A program made the position numbers and the translations under genes. From Bilabrum cf. latius (lineage: Eukaryota): a DNA stretch of 64,000 bases. The DNA is taken from the NCBI GenBank assembly GCA_965178125.1, contig OZ237754.1, forward strand, positions 868,001 through 932,000, written 5' to 3'. The notes beneath the pieces were generated by a model. That model made no database searches. It saw only the letters and a program-made list of their open reading frames with translations, and was not told the origin of the DNA. Positions 26,075 to 38,800 of the stretch are shown one piece after another (within the stretch, counting starts at the first letter, position 1; each line of letters opens with the position of its first letter).

Positions 26075-27382
26075 GCTGAGTCATGTGAGCGTGGGATACG
26101 GATAGGGGTCGGGGACCTGAAGTCCGAACTTCAGGCGACCGGCGACACACCAAGCGTGCGTCACCCTATTCGCCCGGTAGCGGCACAGCGTGGAACTGCA
26201 ATGTGGCAAGTGAGGACCTGTTGATCTTGACCACGGGACTGGAAGCATAGGTGTGGTCCGTGCCGCAAAATCCCCCATAGTGGAGCACCTTGTGGAAGGA
26301 AGTAGGAAAGCGCTGGCGGCAGGCACAGGGCACTCTCGTCCGTTGGATGGCTCCGTAGCCGAAGGGGGACGAGGTGGACCTGCACAGCCGAGAGGAGAGC
26401 CTGGATCTCGGACCGACCTTGGGACAGTCGCACCGGCGACACCCACCGAGAGAGCGGGGCGTTCCAGCACAGCGAATCGCTCGGGCGAGGACGCCCGTTT
26501 GCTGCAAGAGACACCGAAAGGCGTGGACGGCAGCCGGACCTCGGATCCTCACGAAGGGTAAGGCAAGGGTTGCCTGAATAGGAGCGAGCCGGATTGCGAC
26601 TGTGATGGGCAGTGGACGAGCATACAGGACCGCCCCGGGCGTGGTGGGCTGTGCGGGATGTGCGAGTCGACATGCCTATCTCGATCGAGAAAACTTCTTT
26701 TCTTTTTGCGTGGATGCCCCTCCTAGGCGGAGGCGGCGTGGGTGTCCCTGCGGCGGTTCGATGGGCGAACCACCAAGGGGGGGCCCAGTGTTGTTCCCTG
26801 ACCAAGTGGTAGGCCGTCCCCAAAGTGGCGTGAATGGTCCGATCCACCTACCCAGCGGCCAGGGCAACACCAGCCAATACCACAGCGCCACGGAAGGAGG
26901 AGAGAAGTAGGAGAATGACGACGACGTGCGACTGATACCGAGAACGAGGCGAGGCGAGCAGGAGACGAGAGCGAGGATGAACGGAGCACGGTCACGCGAG
27001 CCGGAGGGCAAGCGTGGCCGAGATGAGGGATGATTGCTACTAGTGACTGTGTCGGACGTAACCAGATAAGCGCCATCACCGAATGACGACTCGGATTCCG
27101 AACTTCGTTGAACGTTCCCTCAGGCTGCAAGGTAGAAAAAGCCCCAGTTGGGAAAGATACGCGTATTTGTGCATGCGATTTTGAGTCCGTGCTGCAACTT
27201 CCGCTAATGTCGAGCCACTAAAGAATTTGCGATAGAATGTAGGCTCCGCAAGGCCCCGAGCCACACAGCATCGCCAGGAAGCGATATCTCGTATCAAACA
27301 CCCAGCGACCGTGCTGTTCTAAACGAATGGAGCGTGTTGACAGCACTACCACAGTTCTGAAAAAATATATATATTTGCATTT

Positions 27383-29974
27383 TCACACCCTCCGCAAGAT
27401 CTCCTCCGCGGTCCTGCCCCCTCCCCCGCACCCTTGCACCACCACGTCCTTGGCTCGATACGACGGCGACACGCTCAGGCCCTGCACCACGCCCCCCGTG
27501 CATCGCGCCTGCACCACCGTGTTACCCGGCCCCCTCAGCTTGAACGAAACGTCCCACAGCTCGGGCACCCAAGCAGGGAACAGCGCCATCCTCTGCCCCT
27601 CGTCGTCCAGCGGCTGGAGCAGCATCATGTGCAGCGCCACACGGCTCCAGGCCCAGTGGTCCAGGCTCGGCTCGTAGTCCTGCATGTGCGAGGCAAAGCC
27701 GGGCCAGCCTCCGGGGAAGGCCTCGTTCTTCGAGTTGGCTCTTTCCAGCAGGTCAGCCGCCACCTCTGCACCCCTGCCCAGCGCGGCCGCGGCGAGGAGG
27801 TCCCAGCACCAGCCTTCGTTGCAGGGGAACCTGCGCACGTTGTAGGTGTTGTTGTTGATGGCCAGCAGGGCATCTGCATCTGGCAGGGCGGCAGCGGGCA
27901 GGTAGCCGCGGGCATTCTGCTGCTCCCTGGAATCAGCAGCGGCAGCAGCAGCGGCGGCAGCAGCAGCGTCTGCCTTTGGCTTGGTGCCGATGCGGTAGGG
28001 CATCAGAACCTGGGTCATCACGTTCTCAGAATTGCGCACTTGATCATCATACTATTTTCCTGGCAGCCAGACGGTCTGGTTAGTTGTCGAGCTCCGGCCT
28101 GACGGCAGCTGAGGAATGACTCGAGCCATGCGCGTCCACCTGGCCCGCTAGGCGGCAGATCCGATGCTGCTGGGCAGCTGCAGCAGACGGCCGAGCACGC
28201 TCGTGAGTCCAGCCACGTCGACTATGCCGTCGGTGGAGCAGTTCGTGCGATCGACCGGGATGTCTCGACACTGGTACGTCTCCAAGCTATTGGCGGGGAA
28301 CATGTCCAAAGGACCGTCATCCTCGGGTCCAGCCCCCAGGTCCCTGTTTGCGTACGTGTTCCAGTAGTGCCCCAGGACCCCGTCAGCCAGAGGGAGCGCC
28401 CACTCGTCATAGTAGGAGGAGTCGCCCGACCATGCGGCCTCGTCCAGCGCGATCAGGGCCAGCTCGAGAGTGCCCGAATAGTAGTACCGTACGTAGGGAT
28501 TCGAAGGCAGGCTCCAGTTGGCTGTGGCAGGCGGCACCCACCCGCAGCCCCAGCCTTCTCCGTTCTCATTGTAGGTCCCCCAGATCGTTGTGGTCTCCGG
28601 GAAGAAGAACGCGCCGGGCCACTGACCATACGGCCAGTATGCAGTGCCCCGGGCCTGCGCCACGGGGACAGCCCGCTGGTACATGCCGAAACCTGCTCGG
28701 ATCACGTCGTCGTCTCCGCTCGCGAGAGCCTCGTGGAAAGCCTGACGAGTGTTCTGCTGCCAGAAACTCCCGCCCCACTGGCGAAAATCTGGCGACTATC
28801 CGCCTAGGTCCGTGGGCACCGTCCACAGCTCCCCGTTGAACTTGAGCGGGGTCCACGACCGCCTGCCCCCCGCCAGCGACAGGAAACGCTGCCAGTAGTA
28901 GTGGGCCAGCACGTCCCCGGCCCCGGGGTCGGCCGACTCGGAGCCTTCTTCGTGTGACGAGCGCACCCCGGCTGTCTCCTGGATTGACACGAAGGACCGG
29001 TCCCACAGGCCCGCCCAGCCCTCTCGGGCCCGGGCTAGCCGCGCCTGGCACCCGTCCTTCGCCTGCGAGCAGCTGCTGCTCGAGGCCTCCTTCGCCAGCA
29101 ATGCCGCTGCCGGATCTTGGCCTTCGCCCGACCACGGCAGCACATCAACGGCAGTCAGCACCTCTGCGGCCGCCAGGCTGGACCCCTGTCCGCTCCGGAA
29201 CGTCAACCGGTTGGGCTGCTCCTCGTCGCGGGCCCCGTTGGTGGCCAGGACGGCAGCGGCTGCCACGCGAGAGGACAGCACGTCATGCTTGCGCAGCGGC
29301 TCTGGGTCAACGAGTTGCTGCGTGAGGGTGCGGACGAACACGGTTGTGTTCCCCGAGGGATCCCAGGGGCTGTTGCGGTGCCAGACAGCGGCGCCCGATG
29401 CCCCCAGCACGCCGGGAAGCGAGGCCGGGTCCGGGACGGTGTCCAGACGGACCGGATAGCTCGAGTTGCAAATGGAGGATTCAAACCACTCCTGCATGGA
29501 GGCACCATTGACGGTCTCTTTGCTTCGGATGGGCTCGAGCGTGATCGATCCAACGACCTCGGTGCTTGGTGCGGTTGCGATCACGCGGACGGCGTCATCG
29601 TCGAAATCTGCAAAGACCACCACCTTGACATGTCCGTCAGTGATGGTAACAGTTCCGTCCGCGATGGAGTGTGTGACATTCGTTTGGGAAACGTCGATCG
29701 TTGGTTGCGATAGTTGCACTGATGCTGCTGCCACCTTTAGCACCGATCCCACCTCGTTCCATGCATCGGAGCGAGAAACATACAGCTGGATGGTCCCGTG
29801 GTTATCAAGCCACACGTTTGCAGCCAAGTTACCGTTTCCAAGCGGTACTGACTGATTGGGCAGGGTGGATCCACTCTGAACGAAATCGAACATGGATAGA
29901 TCTGGTGGGCCTGAAGGGGCCTTTGACGCTAACGCTCCAGTCAAAATTGCAATGACACACAGGAGGGCACGCAT
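27383..29974 (-). CDS. Secreted glycoside hydrolase, GH95/DUF5703-like (copy A, TAG=Gln)
   Basis: Signal peptide MRALLCVIAILTGALA. Motifs PLGNGNLAANVW..SRSDAW, YYWQRF..LKFNG.LWTV, DFRQWGG.FW.QNTR, MMLLQP..LFPAW..WDVSFKL. The three ORFs join in frame through TAGs (28796, 28148, ~28052); stop is TGA. Confidence 0.8.
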
Positions 29975-31234
29975 CAGCTATTCTTGCTTTGGAAGTTTGA
30001 CGTAGAACGCTACGGCGGCGAATAGAATTTGTCGCAACTTGAAAGTAACGCGTGGTTTGGGGACCTCCGGCCTTCCGTATTCGTGTACCGAATCCAAGCA
30101 GTGCTCATTCAATTGGTTGGGTGCGACATCGCGCAGAGCGACGGAATGGAGCTGTGTGGCTGGGGCCCCAGTAGGGCGGTAGCCTTTGCCCTCACTGGCC
30201 GAGGGAGGCGTACTTCGTGCTGTGGTGTACATCGGAGACGATCATGAAAATGGCGGTGGAGGAGACGATACATCAGACGCTATACTTAAACTAATCCACC
30301 GACTACCTATTCTCCAACCATTGGCACCGCCTCAGAGAGCCCCCGGTCCCTCGGGCCGACTGGGCTTCACCCCGAACGACTGGCTCTTCACCAGCCCATC
30401 TGAGTGCGGTATTTCTCTGATACCGACCTGCCATGCATTCCATCCATCCACCCGCCTGTTGGCCTCTTCTGCGCGCTGCTGGCCGTGCGACCCGCTGCCA
30501 GTCGCGTCTCCCTTGTCCCTGGCACCTGGAAACCCTTTCGTGCGTGAGTGGCTAGCACCTCTATGGCTGAGGTCGTGCGCTGGGCACAGCGCTCGGGCGA
30601 GTCGACGAGTCGTGGGGCGTGATTGAGGTGAAGGGGAAGGGGGGTGGGTGGAATGGAGGATAGATGGACAAGGTGAACGGGGTGGATGAAGCGGGAGGCA
30701 CAGACAGGGCAGGGATGTGGGAAGGGGGCGGTGGGGCCCGAGGGGTTCCTTGTTCAGGGTCAGGGACGGAGAGGATACAATCCCCCCATCCAGATGCCGT
30801 CATCGGAAGGATAGGCAGTCACAGATAAGTCGGGCGCGGCGCTACGTCCGTAGGCAACAAGGCAGCGAGGTGGAGTACTCTATATTTATTTTCTCCTATC
30901 GACACCGCACTATCGTCGCCTGTGCCGATGTCCCCCTCTTGTTCATATCCACCTCTCTTGCCCATCGCCACCCACCTCGACCTTTTCCTTACGGAAGGAT
31001 CGGCTATGCTCACCATTGCTTTAAATCTGATGTCCGAGTACAAAATACAATATTCACACACGAGCACCAGGCCACATGTCCAAGGCGCTCCCCACCCGCG
31101 GCACAGCGAAGAGGCAGCCAGAGCTAGACCGACCTATCGGTGACCTCTCTCTTGCTATCGGGAGCCACACACTGCCTGTAGCCAGAGCAGCGAGCGCTCC
31201 CTCCCTTGCTTCACGCCACCCATCATCATTGCGC

Positions 31235-31640
31235 TCACACCGCCCGCAGTGGGTTCGTGCTCACGAACCCGCCCGCTTCACTCTTCCCTGCTTCTACAGC
31301 CGCCTGCTTGCCAGCGGACTCCTTGGCATCCGAGCGGCAGCAGCAGCAGTACAGCAGGGCAATCGCTACGATGAGCACCACAAGCCCGCCCACCGACCCG
31401 CCGATGATCCCACCGATCCCTGCGCCCTCCTCTCCGTCATCGAGAACACCAACCTCCGTTGTACTGGGGGTAGCCTGCACCACCGTCTGGTCCTCCGTCA
31501 GCACTTCTGTCTTGATCGTCACTGACGAAGCGTCCACAGCGAGGCTAGCGGCCAGGGCAGGAGCGGCGGCCTGCAGGTCCTGCAGCAGCCCGTTGCCGCC
31601 AACAGATGAGTCGCTGGAGACGTAGGCCTGGACAGAGGCC
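31235..31640 (-). pseudogene. C-terminal fragment of a single-pass membrane protein
   Basis: GIGGIIGGSVGGLVVLIVAIALLYCCCC is a TM helix followed by a Cys cluster and short tail. No intact 5' part was found upstream in the spacer. Confidence 0.45.
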
Positions 31641-32357
31641 TATGCTGCTGCCACGTCGGTGTTCTCCCGGAAGCAGAGAGAGGAATCAATCTCGATAGCG
31701 GAGTTAGACGCACCCCCGGCCTAAAGCTCCCGCAGGGACTGCTTGAGGCCAAGGCGGCGGCCACTGGCCACCTCCCTCACATCCGTGTGATGATGACCTC
31801 ATCCGCCCCCGTGCGCTCCGCCAGCTTGGCCTTGTATGCATCGGCCAGGGTGTCGCGGAACTAGGTGGGGGTGACCCCCTGGATCTTGAGGGCAGCCACC
31901 TCCACGTAGGCACCCTTAGGCTTGACGGCAGGAGAGCACGTGTTGCGGGCACTTGCGCACACCAGCTCGCCAGCACAGTTCTCGGCCGTCTGGCAGGCAC
32001 CCGAAGCGTCTGATTTGTACCCATTTTATCGTCTCCTCCACCGCCATTTTCATGATCGTCTCCGCTGTACAGTGTACACCCCGTGGCTCCACAAAGCACA
32101 CAGCACGAAGTACGCCTCCCTCGGCCAGTGAGGGCAAAGGCTACCGCCCTACTGGGGCCCCAGCCACACAGCTCCATTCCGTCGCTCTGCGCGATGTCGC
32201 ACCCAGCCAATTGAATGGGCACTGCTTGGATTCGGTACACGAATACGGAAGGCCGGAGGTCCCCAAACCACGCGTTACTTTGCAAGTAAAGCAGATTTTC
32301 CTTTCGTCCGACGCCGCCGTAGCGTTCTACGCCATACCTCCAAAGCAAGAATAGCTG

Positions 32358-34949
32358 ATGCGCGCCCTCCTGTGTGTCATTGCAATTTTGACTGGAGCGT
32401 TAGCGTCAAAGGCCCCTTCAGGCCCACCAGATCTATCCATGTTCGATTTCGTTCAGAGTGGATCCACCCTGCCCAATCAGTCAGTACCGCTTGGAAACGG
32501 TAACTTGGCTGCAAACGTGTGGCTTGATAACCACGGGACTATCCAGCTATATGTTTCTCGCTCCGATGCATGGAACGAGGTGGGATCGGTGCTAAAAGTG
32601 GCAGCAGCATCAGTGCAACTATCGCAACCAACGATCGACGTTTCCCAAACGAATGTCACACACTCCATCGCGGACGGAACTGTTACCATCACTGATGGGC
32701 ATGTCAACGTTATAGTCTTTGCAGATTTCGACGATGACGCCGTCCGCGTGATCGCAACCGCACCAAGCACCGAGGTCGTTGGATCGATCACGCTCGAGCC
32801 CATCCGAAGCAAAGAGACCGTCAATGGTGCCTCCATGCAGGAGTGGTTTGGCTCCTCCATTTGCAACTCGAGCTATCCGGTCCGTCTGGACACCGTCCCG
32901 GACCCGGCCTCGCTTCCCGGTGTGCTGGGGGCATCGGGCGCCGCTGTCTGGCACCGCAACAGCCCCTGGGATCCCTCGGGGAACACAACCGTGTTCGTCC
33001 GCACCCTGACGTAGCAACTCATTGACCCAGAGCCGCTGCGCAAGCATGACGCGCTGTCCTCTCGCGTGGCAGCCGCTGCCGTCCTGGCCACCAACGGCGC
33101 CCGCGACGAGGAGCAGCCCAACCGGGTGACGTTCCGGAGCGGACAGGGGTCCAGCCTGGCGGCCGCAGAGGTGCTGACTGCCGTTGATGTGCTGCCGTGG
33201 TCGGGCGAAGGCCAAGATCCGGCAGCGGCATTGCTGGCGAAGGAGGCCTCGAGCAGCAACTGCTCGCAGGCGAAGGACGGGTGCCAGGCTCGGCTGGCCC
33301 GGGCCCGAGAGGGCTGGGCGGGCCTGTGGGACCGGTCCTTCGTGTCCATCCAGGAGACAGCCGGGGCGCGCTCGTCACACGAAGAAGGCTCCGAGTCGGC
33401 CGACCCCGGGGCCGGGGACGTGCTGGCCCACTACTACTGGCAGCGGTTCCTGTCGCTGGCGGGGGGCAGGCGGTCGTGGACCCCGCTCAAGTTCAACGGG
33501 GAGCTGTGGACGGTTGTGACGAGCCAAAGCCACGGGTCGCCAGATTTTCGCCAGTGGGGCGGGGGCTTTTGGTCGCAGAACACTCGTCAGGCTTTCCATG
33601 AGGCTCTCGCGAGCGGAGACGACGACGTGATCCGAGCAGGTTTCGGCATGTACCAGCAGGCTGTCCCCGTGGCGCAGGCCCGGGGCACTGCATACTGGCC
33701 GCATGGTCAGTGGCCCGGCGCGTTCTTCTTCCCGGAGACCACAACGCTCTGGGGCAGCTACGACGAGAACAACCTAGGCTGGGACTGCGGGTGGGTGCCG
33801 CCTGCCACAGCCAACTGGAGCCTGCCTTCGAATACGTATCTGCGTTACTACTATTCGGGCACGCTCGAGCTGGCCCTGATCGCGCTGGACGAAGCCGCAT
33901 GGTCGGGCGACTCCTCCTACTATGACGAGTGGGCGCTCCCTCTGGCTGACGGGGTCCTGGGGCACTACTGGAACACGTACGCAAACAGGGACCTGGGAGC
34001 CGGACCCGAGGATGACGGTCCTTTGGACATGTTCCCCGCCAACGGCTTGGAGACATACCAGTGCAAGTCGCTGCCACCGACTCGCGAGGACTGCTCCACG
34101 AACGCCGTGAACGACGTGGCCGGACTCACGAGCGTGCTCGGCCGTCTGCTCCAGCTGCCCAGCAGCATCGGATCTGCAGCCCAGCGGGCCAGGTGGACGC
34201 GCATGGCTCACCTCCTGCCCGAGCTAGCCACCGAGGAGAGCTCGGCCAGTAACCAGACCGTCTGGGCCCCGGGCAAGACCTATCCCACGAAGACAGACAA
34301 CAAGGAGAACGTGATGACCCAGGTTCTGATGCCCTACCGCATCGGCACCAAGCCAAAAGCAGACGCTGCTGCCGCCACCGCTGCTGCTGGCACTGCTAAT
34401 TCCAGGGAGCAGCGGAATGCCCGCGGCTGCCTGCCCGCTGCCGCCCTGCCAGACGCAGATGCCCTGCTGGCCATCAACAACAACACCTACAACGTGCGCA
34501 GGTTCCCCTGCAACGACGGCTGGTGCTGGGACCTCCTCGCCGCGGCCGCGCTGGGCAGGGGTGCAGAGGTGGCGGCTGACCTGCTGGAAAGAGCCAACTC
34601 GAAGAACGAGGCTTTCCCCGGAGGCTGGCCCGGATTTGCCTCGCACATGCAGGATTACGAGCCGAGCCTGGACCACTGGGCCTGGAGCCGTGTGGCGCTG
34701 CACATGATGCTGCTCCAGCCACTGGACGACGAGGGGCAGAGGATGGCGCTGTTCCCTGCGTGGGTGCCCGAGCTGTGGGACGTTTCGTTCAAGCTGAGGG
34801 GGCCGGGAAACACGGTGGTGCAGGCGCGATGCACGGGGGGCGTGGTGCAGGGCCTGAGCGTGTCGCCATCGTATCGAGCCAAGGACGTGGTGGTGCAGGG
34901 GTGCGGGGGAGGAGGCAGGACCGCGGAGGAGATCTTGCGGAGGGTGTGA
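32358..34949 (+). CDS. Secreted glycoside hydrolase, GH95/DUF5703-like (copy B, TAG=Gln)
   Basis: Near-identical to copy A. The single in-frame TAG at 33012-33014 aligns with CAG (Gln) in copy A (VRTLTQQL). Stop is TGA. Confidence 0.82.
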
Positions 34950-35812
34950 GCTCTCCATCCACTCGCATCTACTCGGCCCGAGGCAGAACTACCATGACGA
35001 TCCGTTGAACGCGGCGCGTGGAGTCTTCCTCCCCCGCTGGGATGCGTAAGCGTAGAGGAGGGCATCGGATTGGGGAAGCAATGAAGGCCGATCTGGGAAG
35101 ATGCGGGCCATGTTTAAAGTCATATCGTTACATGCAATTATCATCATCTTCGAGATCTCACAATGGACCCTGGTCCACAGCTTAATCTCTGTGGCACTCA
35201 TCCATCCTGATCGAGACTTCCAAGTTCACGTAGATGGTCCAGCAACACCTATGCCCTGCCATGGTGAGGTCGTGGTGCAGCTGGAGCTCCTGCATCCTCG
35301 AGCTCGATGTCTTGAGGAGGTGCTTCGCCAGGGCCAGCAGCTGCGACTGCTCCTCACTGGACTCCACTCTGCGCGTTGAGTGCGACCGGCATTACTCCCT
35401 GCTGCTATGTGGCTATGAGGCCCAATCCAAGCTTCCGGAATTAGAATCTAAAGATCAGACCGGGATTCCAGAATCCGATCTGATCTGGACGCAGTCGGGG
35501 GTCGTGAACTCATTCAGGTCGCATTCGATTCATTGCGACACAAACACTTAGACCACAATGCCTGGTTCCTCTTGCCTACCCAATGTATCCAGTAGATCGG
35601 CTGGCACCGACCACTCATGCGCAAGACGGCTGCTGGGCCAAGAGACAGCACGATCCAGGGAAAGACTCCTAGACACTAAATCCAGACTAACGCCGAAGGA
35701 AACCCGACTGCCCTTATGACTACGCCACCCAGGCAAGTGGCGCACAAGAGTTCGGCTTATATGATGCCGTCACAATGCTGCAGGCGTCGCAATCGTCCGG
35801 AATAAGGATGCT

Positions 35813-38800
35813 TCACGCACTCCCAGACGCAGCTTCACCAGGCGCAATTACTTCCTTGTCCTCACCGCCGCCGCTGCTGGTTGACCTCCTCTTGGGCGAG
35901 ATTGAGGCGGCTCCTGCTCCGCGATAGATGGCGTTCTGCGAGCGGAACTCACCGGCGGGAGAGGCGCCTCCAGCGGTAGCCCCCTCGATGGAGGCGGCAC
36001 CCCGACGGTTCAAGGGGTCCACAGATTCATCAGGCGAAATCGGTGCAAGTTTAGCCGAGGCGCCTACTTGCGTGCTCGCAGCATCAGTTGACAATTCATT
36101 AGTGGCGGCAGAGTCAGGCGTGGGTTCCGCCTGCCTCTGCTAGTAGATGTACACGGCCATGGCTGCGACTGCCACCGCCAGCGCCACGATCGCAGCCGAG
36201 AGCCCTCCCACAACAGCAGAGCTCATACCGTCATTACCATTGGAGCCGTCGTCGGTGCTGTTGTCGTCGATGATGCCAGAGGTTGTGCCACCATCAGTAG
36301 CAGGAGCAACTTCGGGTGATGTGGCAGCGGCTGCCTGCGGGCTGGGCTGCGGGCTGGCTGCGGTGCCTGCATCGGACGACCCAGGAGATCCACCGGAGCT
36401 GGTGGAGCCGGTGCTGCCCGAGCTAGTCCCTGATCCACCGGTGGATGGTGAGGTCTGCTGCTGCTGCTGCAAGGTCACGATTGTCCCTGTGACGCCTTGC
36501 CTGGCTTCGAGGGACACAGTAGTTGGGTCCATGCGGCGGAGGTAGGTGCCGTAGGTACGCAGCACGCTCTCAGGGTCCTGCAGCTGGTTCTCGAAGTGGG
36601 ACACCACGGTCGCCATGCGTGCCCCGTCGGCAGTCTCCACGGTCTCGCTGTTGTCGTAGTCCCCGGTGTCAGTCGCAGAGATGGGCAGGATCGTGAAGTT
36701 CAGCCGAGCGTGCTCGGCGCCATCACCGACTGAATCCACGCCCTCCAGCTGAAGGCTGTCTACGCGCACGCGCCGCCCAGCGATAAAGAGGGTCCTGCTG
36801 AGGTCGCCCCTGATGTTGCTGATCATCGCATCAATCACGTTGGCGTCGCCCACGCTGTGAGTTAGGGTGTCCAGCGGCAGCTTCAGCACCACGGTGCCTT
36901 CCACGCGCGGCTCGCCAGCGCACGCAAACGCGTTGCATGCCCGATCCTGCAGAGGTGTAGACCCGATCACGTCCTCCTGCCTGTAGCATTCACCCAGTGG
37001 CACGGTTGTAGTATCCGCCTGCGTGGCGCCAGGAGCTGCCGTGGGACCGAGGGAAGCGCACTGCACCCGACGCACCTGCCTGCCTCCTCCGCACTCAGCG
37101 GTGCACTGGCTCCACTCGCCCACGGTGTAGAACAGCACATCGTCGGGGTCGCGAGGAGGCGCATCGCAGCCAGCGCCAAAAAAGCCGGGCTTGCAGTGGC
37201 ACTGGCCCTAGATGCAGATGCCGTCGTTCTTGCACGACACAGCCGAGCACTGGTCGCAGGTGTTGCAGTCGCGCGTCTCGAGAAGCACCGGACATGCCGC
37301 ACCCTCCCCCCTTGGAGCTCGAAGCACCTGCCTCTGCCGGGTTTGTGTTCCCTCGGCGCACACTTCATCGCAGTCGGACCATGGGCCCCACGGGCCAACC
37401 TGGCAGTCGGCCATGTCTGACAGCACGGACACATGAACGTCGGGTACCGATGTGTCAACGCCTGACCGCAACATGAGACCAGGGATGCGGATCTGCAGGT
37501 TCTCGTCCCCGTTGGGGTTGTAGTCAGGCACGGGAGGCAGGGTCACCGTAGCTCTCGTCATGCCGAAGGAGAAGCGCACAAAAGGAGATGCGCCAGGCGC
37601 GCTGTCTCGAAGCAAGATCGATGGTTGCGCCAAGGAGTTCCATCCGCTGGTTGACGTCTCCCTTGCCTGAATGCCCTTGATGAGCATGTTGGGCGAGATG
37701 GTGCGCGAGTTGACCATAGTGTCGATGTCAGCGATGGTGACGTTGCCGCTGTCAATGAGCCGTTCGAACTCTTCGCCCGTCATGGCCGCGCTGGGAGGCA
37801 AGCCAAGCTCTTGGCGGCGCCTCTCCTTCAGCTCCTTGGGGTCAACGAACTGGTCGCAAGATAGGTCCAGCTGCAGCTCCAGCCCGCCCGTCCTGACTTG
37901 CTCGGCGAGCACAGTGCCACCATCCCCACCCAGCATGCTACCACTAGCAAACACAGGGAAGGCAGAGAGCGCCTGCACCTGCAGAGTGGCTTGCACTGCG
38001 GCGGCTGGCGCCGTCAGACCGATCAGAATCCTGTCAGCCTCATCGTCATACCCGTCACTCTCCCATATCAGCATTCGCTATTCTCCGGTTCTATCAGGAG
38101 TTTGTGAGGCCCAGTCGGACGTCTCGGGACTGACAGGGGGCGAGAACCGGAGCACTGGGTCATCGGCGGACCGCCCCGCACGCGCTACGTGCAGCAGCAC
38201 CTCCCGCTTAGACACCATGGCATCACTCGCATCCACGCTCGACATGGTCACGTTTGCCGTGCACTGGGACTCGGCGTCTTCCCACGTGGCGTTGAGCGGC
38301 AGCGCACCGAGGGCCACAAGCGTCTGCCTGCACTCGTCTTTCGCAGCCTCAACAGCCGCACTCACGCGCTCGTTGCACACGTTCTTCTACACGCATGCGA
38401 TGTGTTCCGCGTGGCAGCCGGAGGCTGTGCGCGTGAGATTGGCCAGCGCCTCTCCCCCCGCTGCCACAGCACCTTCGTTTTCAGCCCTTGCCACGTGCAG
38501 ACAGCCCAGCATCCCGCTGTTGCAGGCACTCACCTCGCGCTCGGCTTCGATGGAGCATTTAATCTCTGTCGGAGCACGGCTTCTCGCGACTAGGCAAACG
38601 CCCTTGGTGGCTGCGTTGGGCTTCTCAAAGGAGAAGAAGGCGTTCTCGCCATGCTCCAGGTGCACCTCGGATTCCATCCCGCTGCGAAGCGCCTTAGAGT
38701 CAAAGTAGTTGATGTCGTACACGGTCTCCCTGCACATGTCCATGCCGCACACCTCCTGGCTGGCTGGCCTCAGCGTGCGATCGCAGAACCCCTCGTCCAC

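Larger units (their letters stand above)
17959..27078 (+). mobile_element. Non-autonomous Ngaro/DIRS-like element with split direct repeats (A1-satellite-B1-A2-1.6 kb-B2)
   Basis: A repeats 17959-18108 and 24994-25143 (150 bp). B repeats 24654-24993 and 26739-27078 (340 bp). B1 directly abuts A2. No TSD, but a shared CATC at the junctions. Possible RT remnant MPISIEKTSFLFAWMPLLG near 26670-26725. Confidence 0.65.
27383..34949. repeat. Inverted segmental duplication (arms ~27383-30270 and ~32027-34949, 1.75-kb spacer)
   Basis: Both hydrolase genes and ~300 bp of upstream DNA are reverse complements of each other, with head-to-head orientation. Confidence 0.9.

Noticed and set aside
35182-35430. 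Short minus-strand ORF (MESSEEQSQLL...) between hydrolase B and TSP1 copy B
   Set aside because: Too short, with no recognisable motif or clear gene structure.
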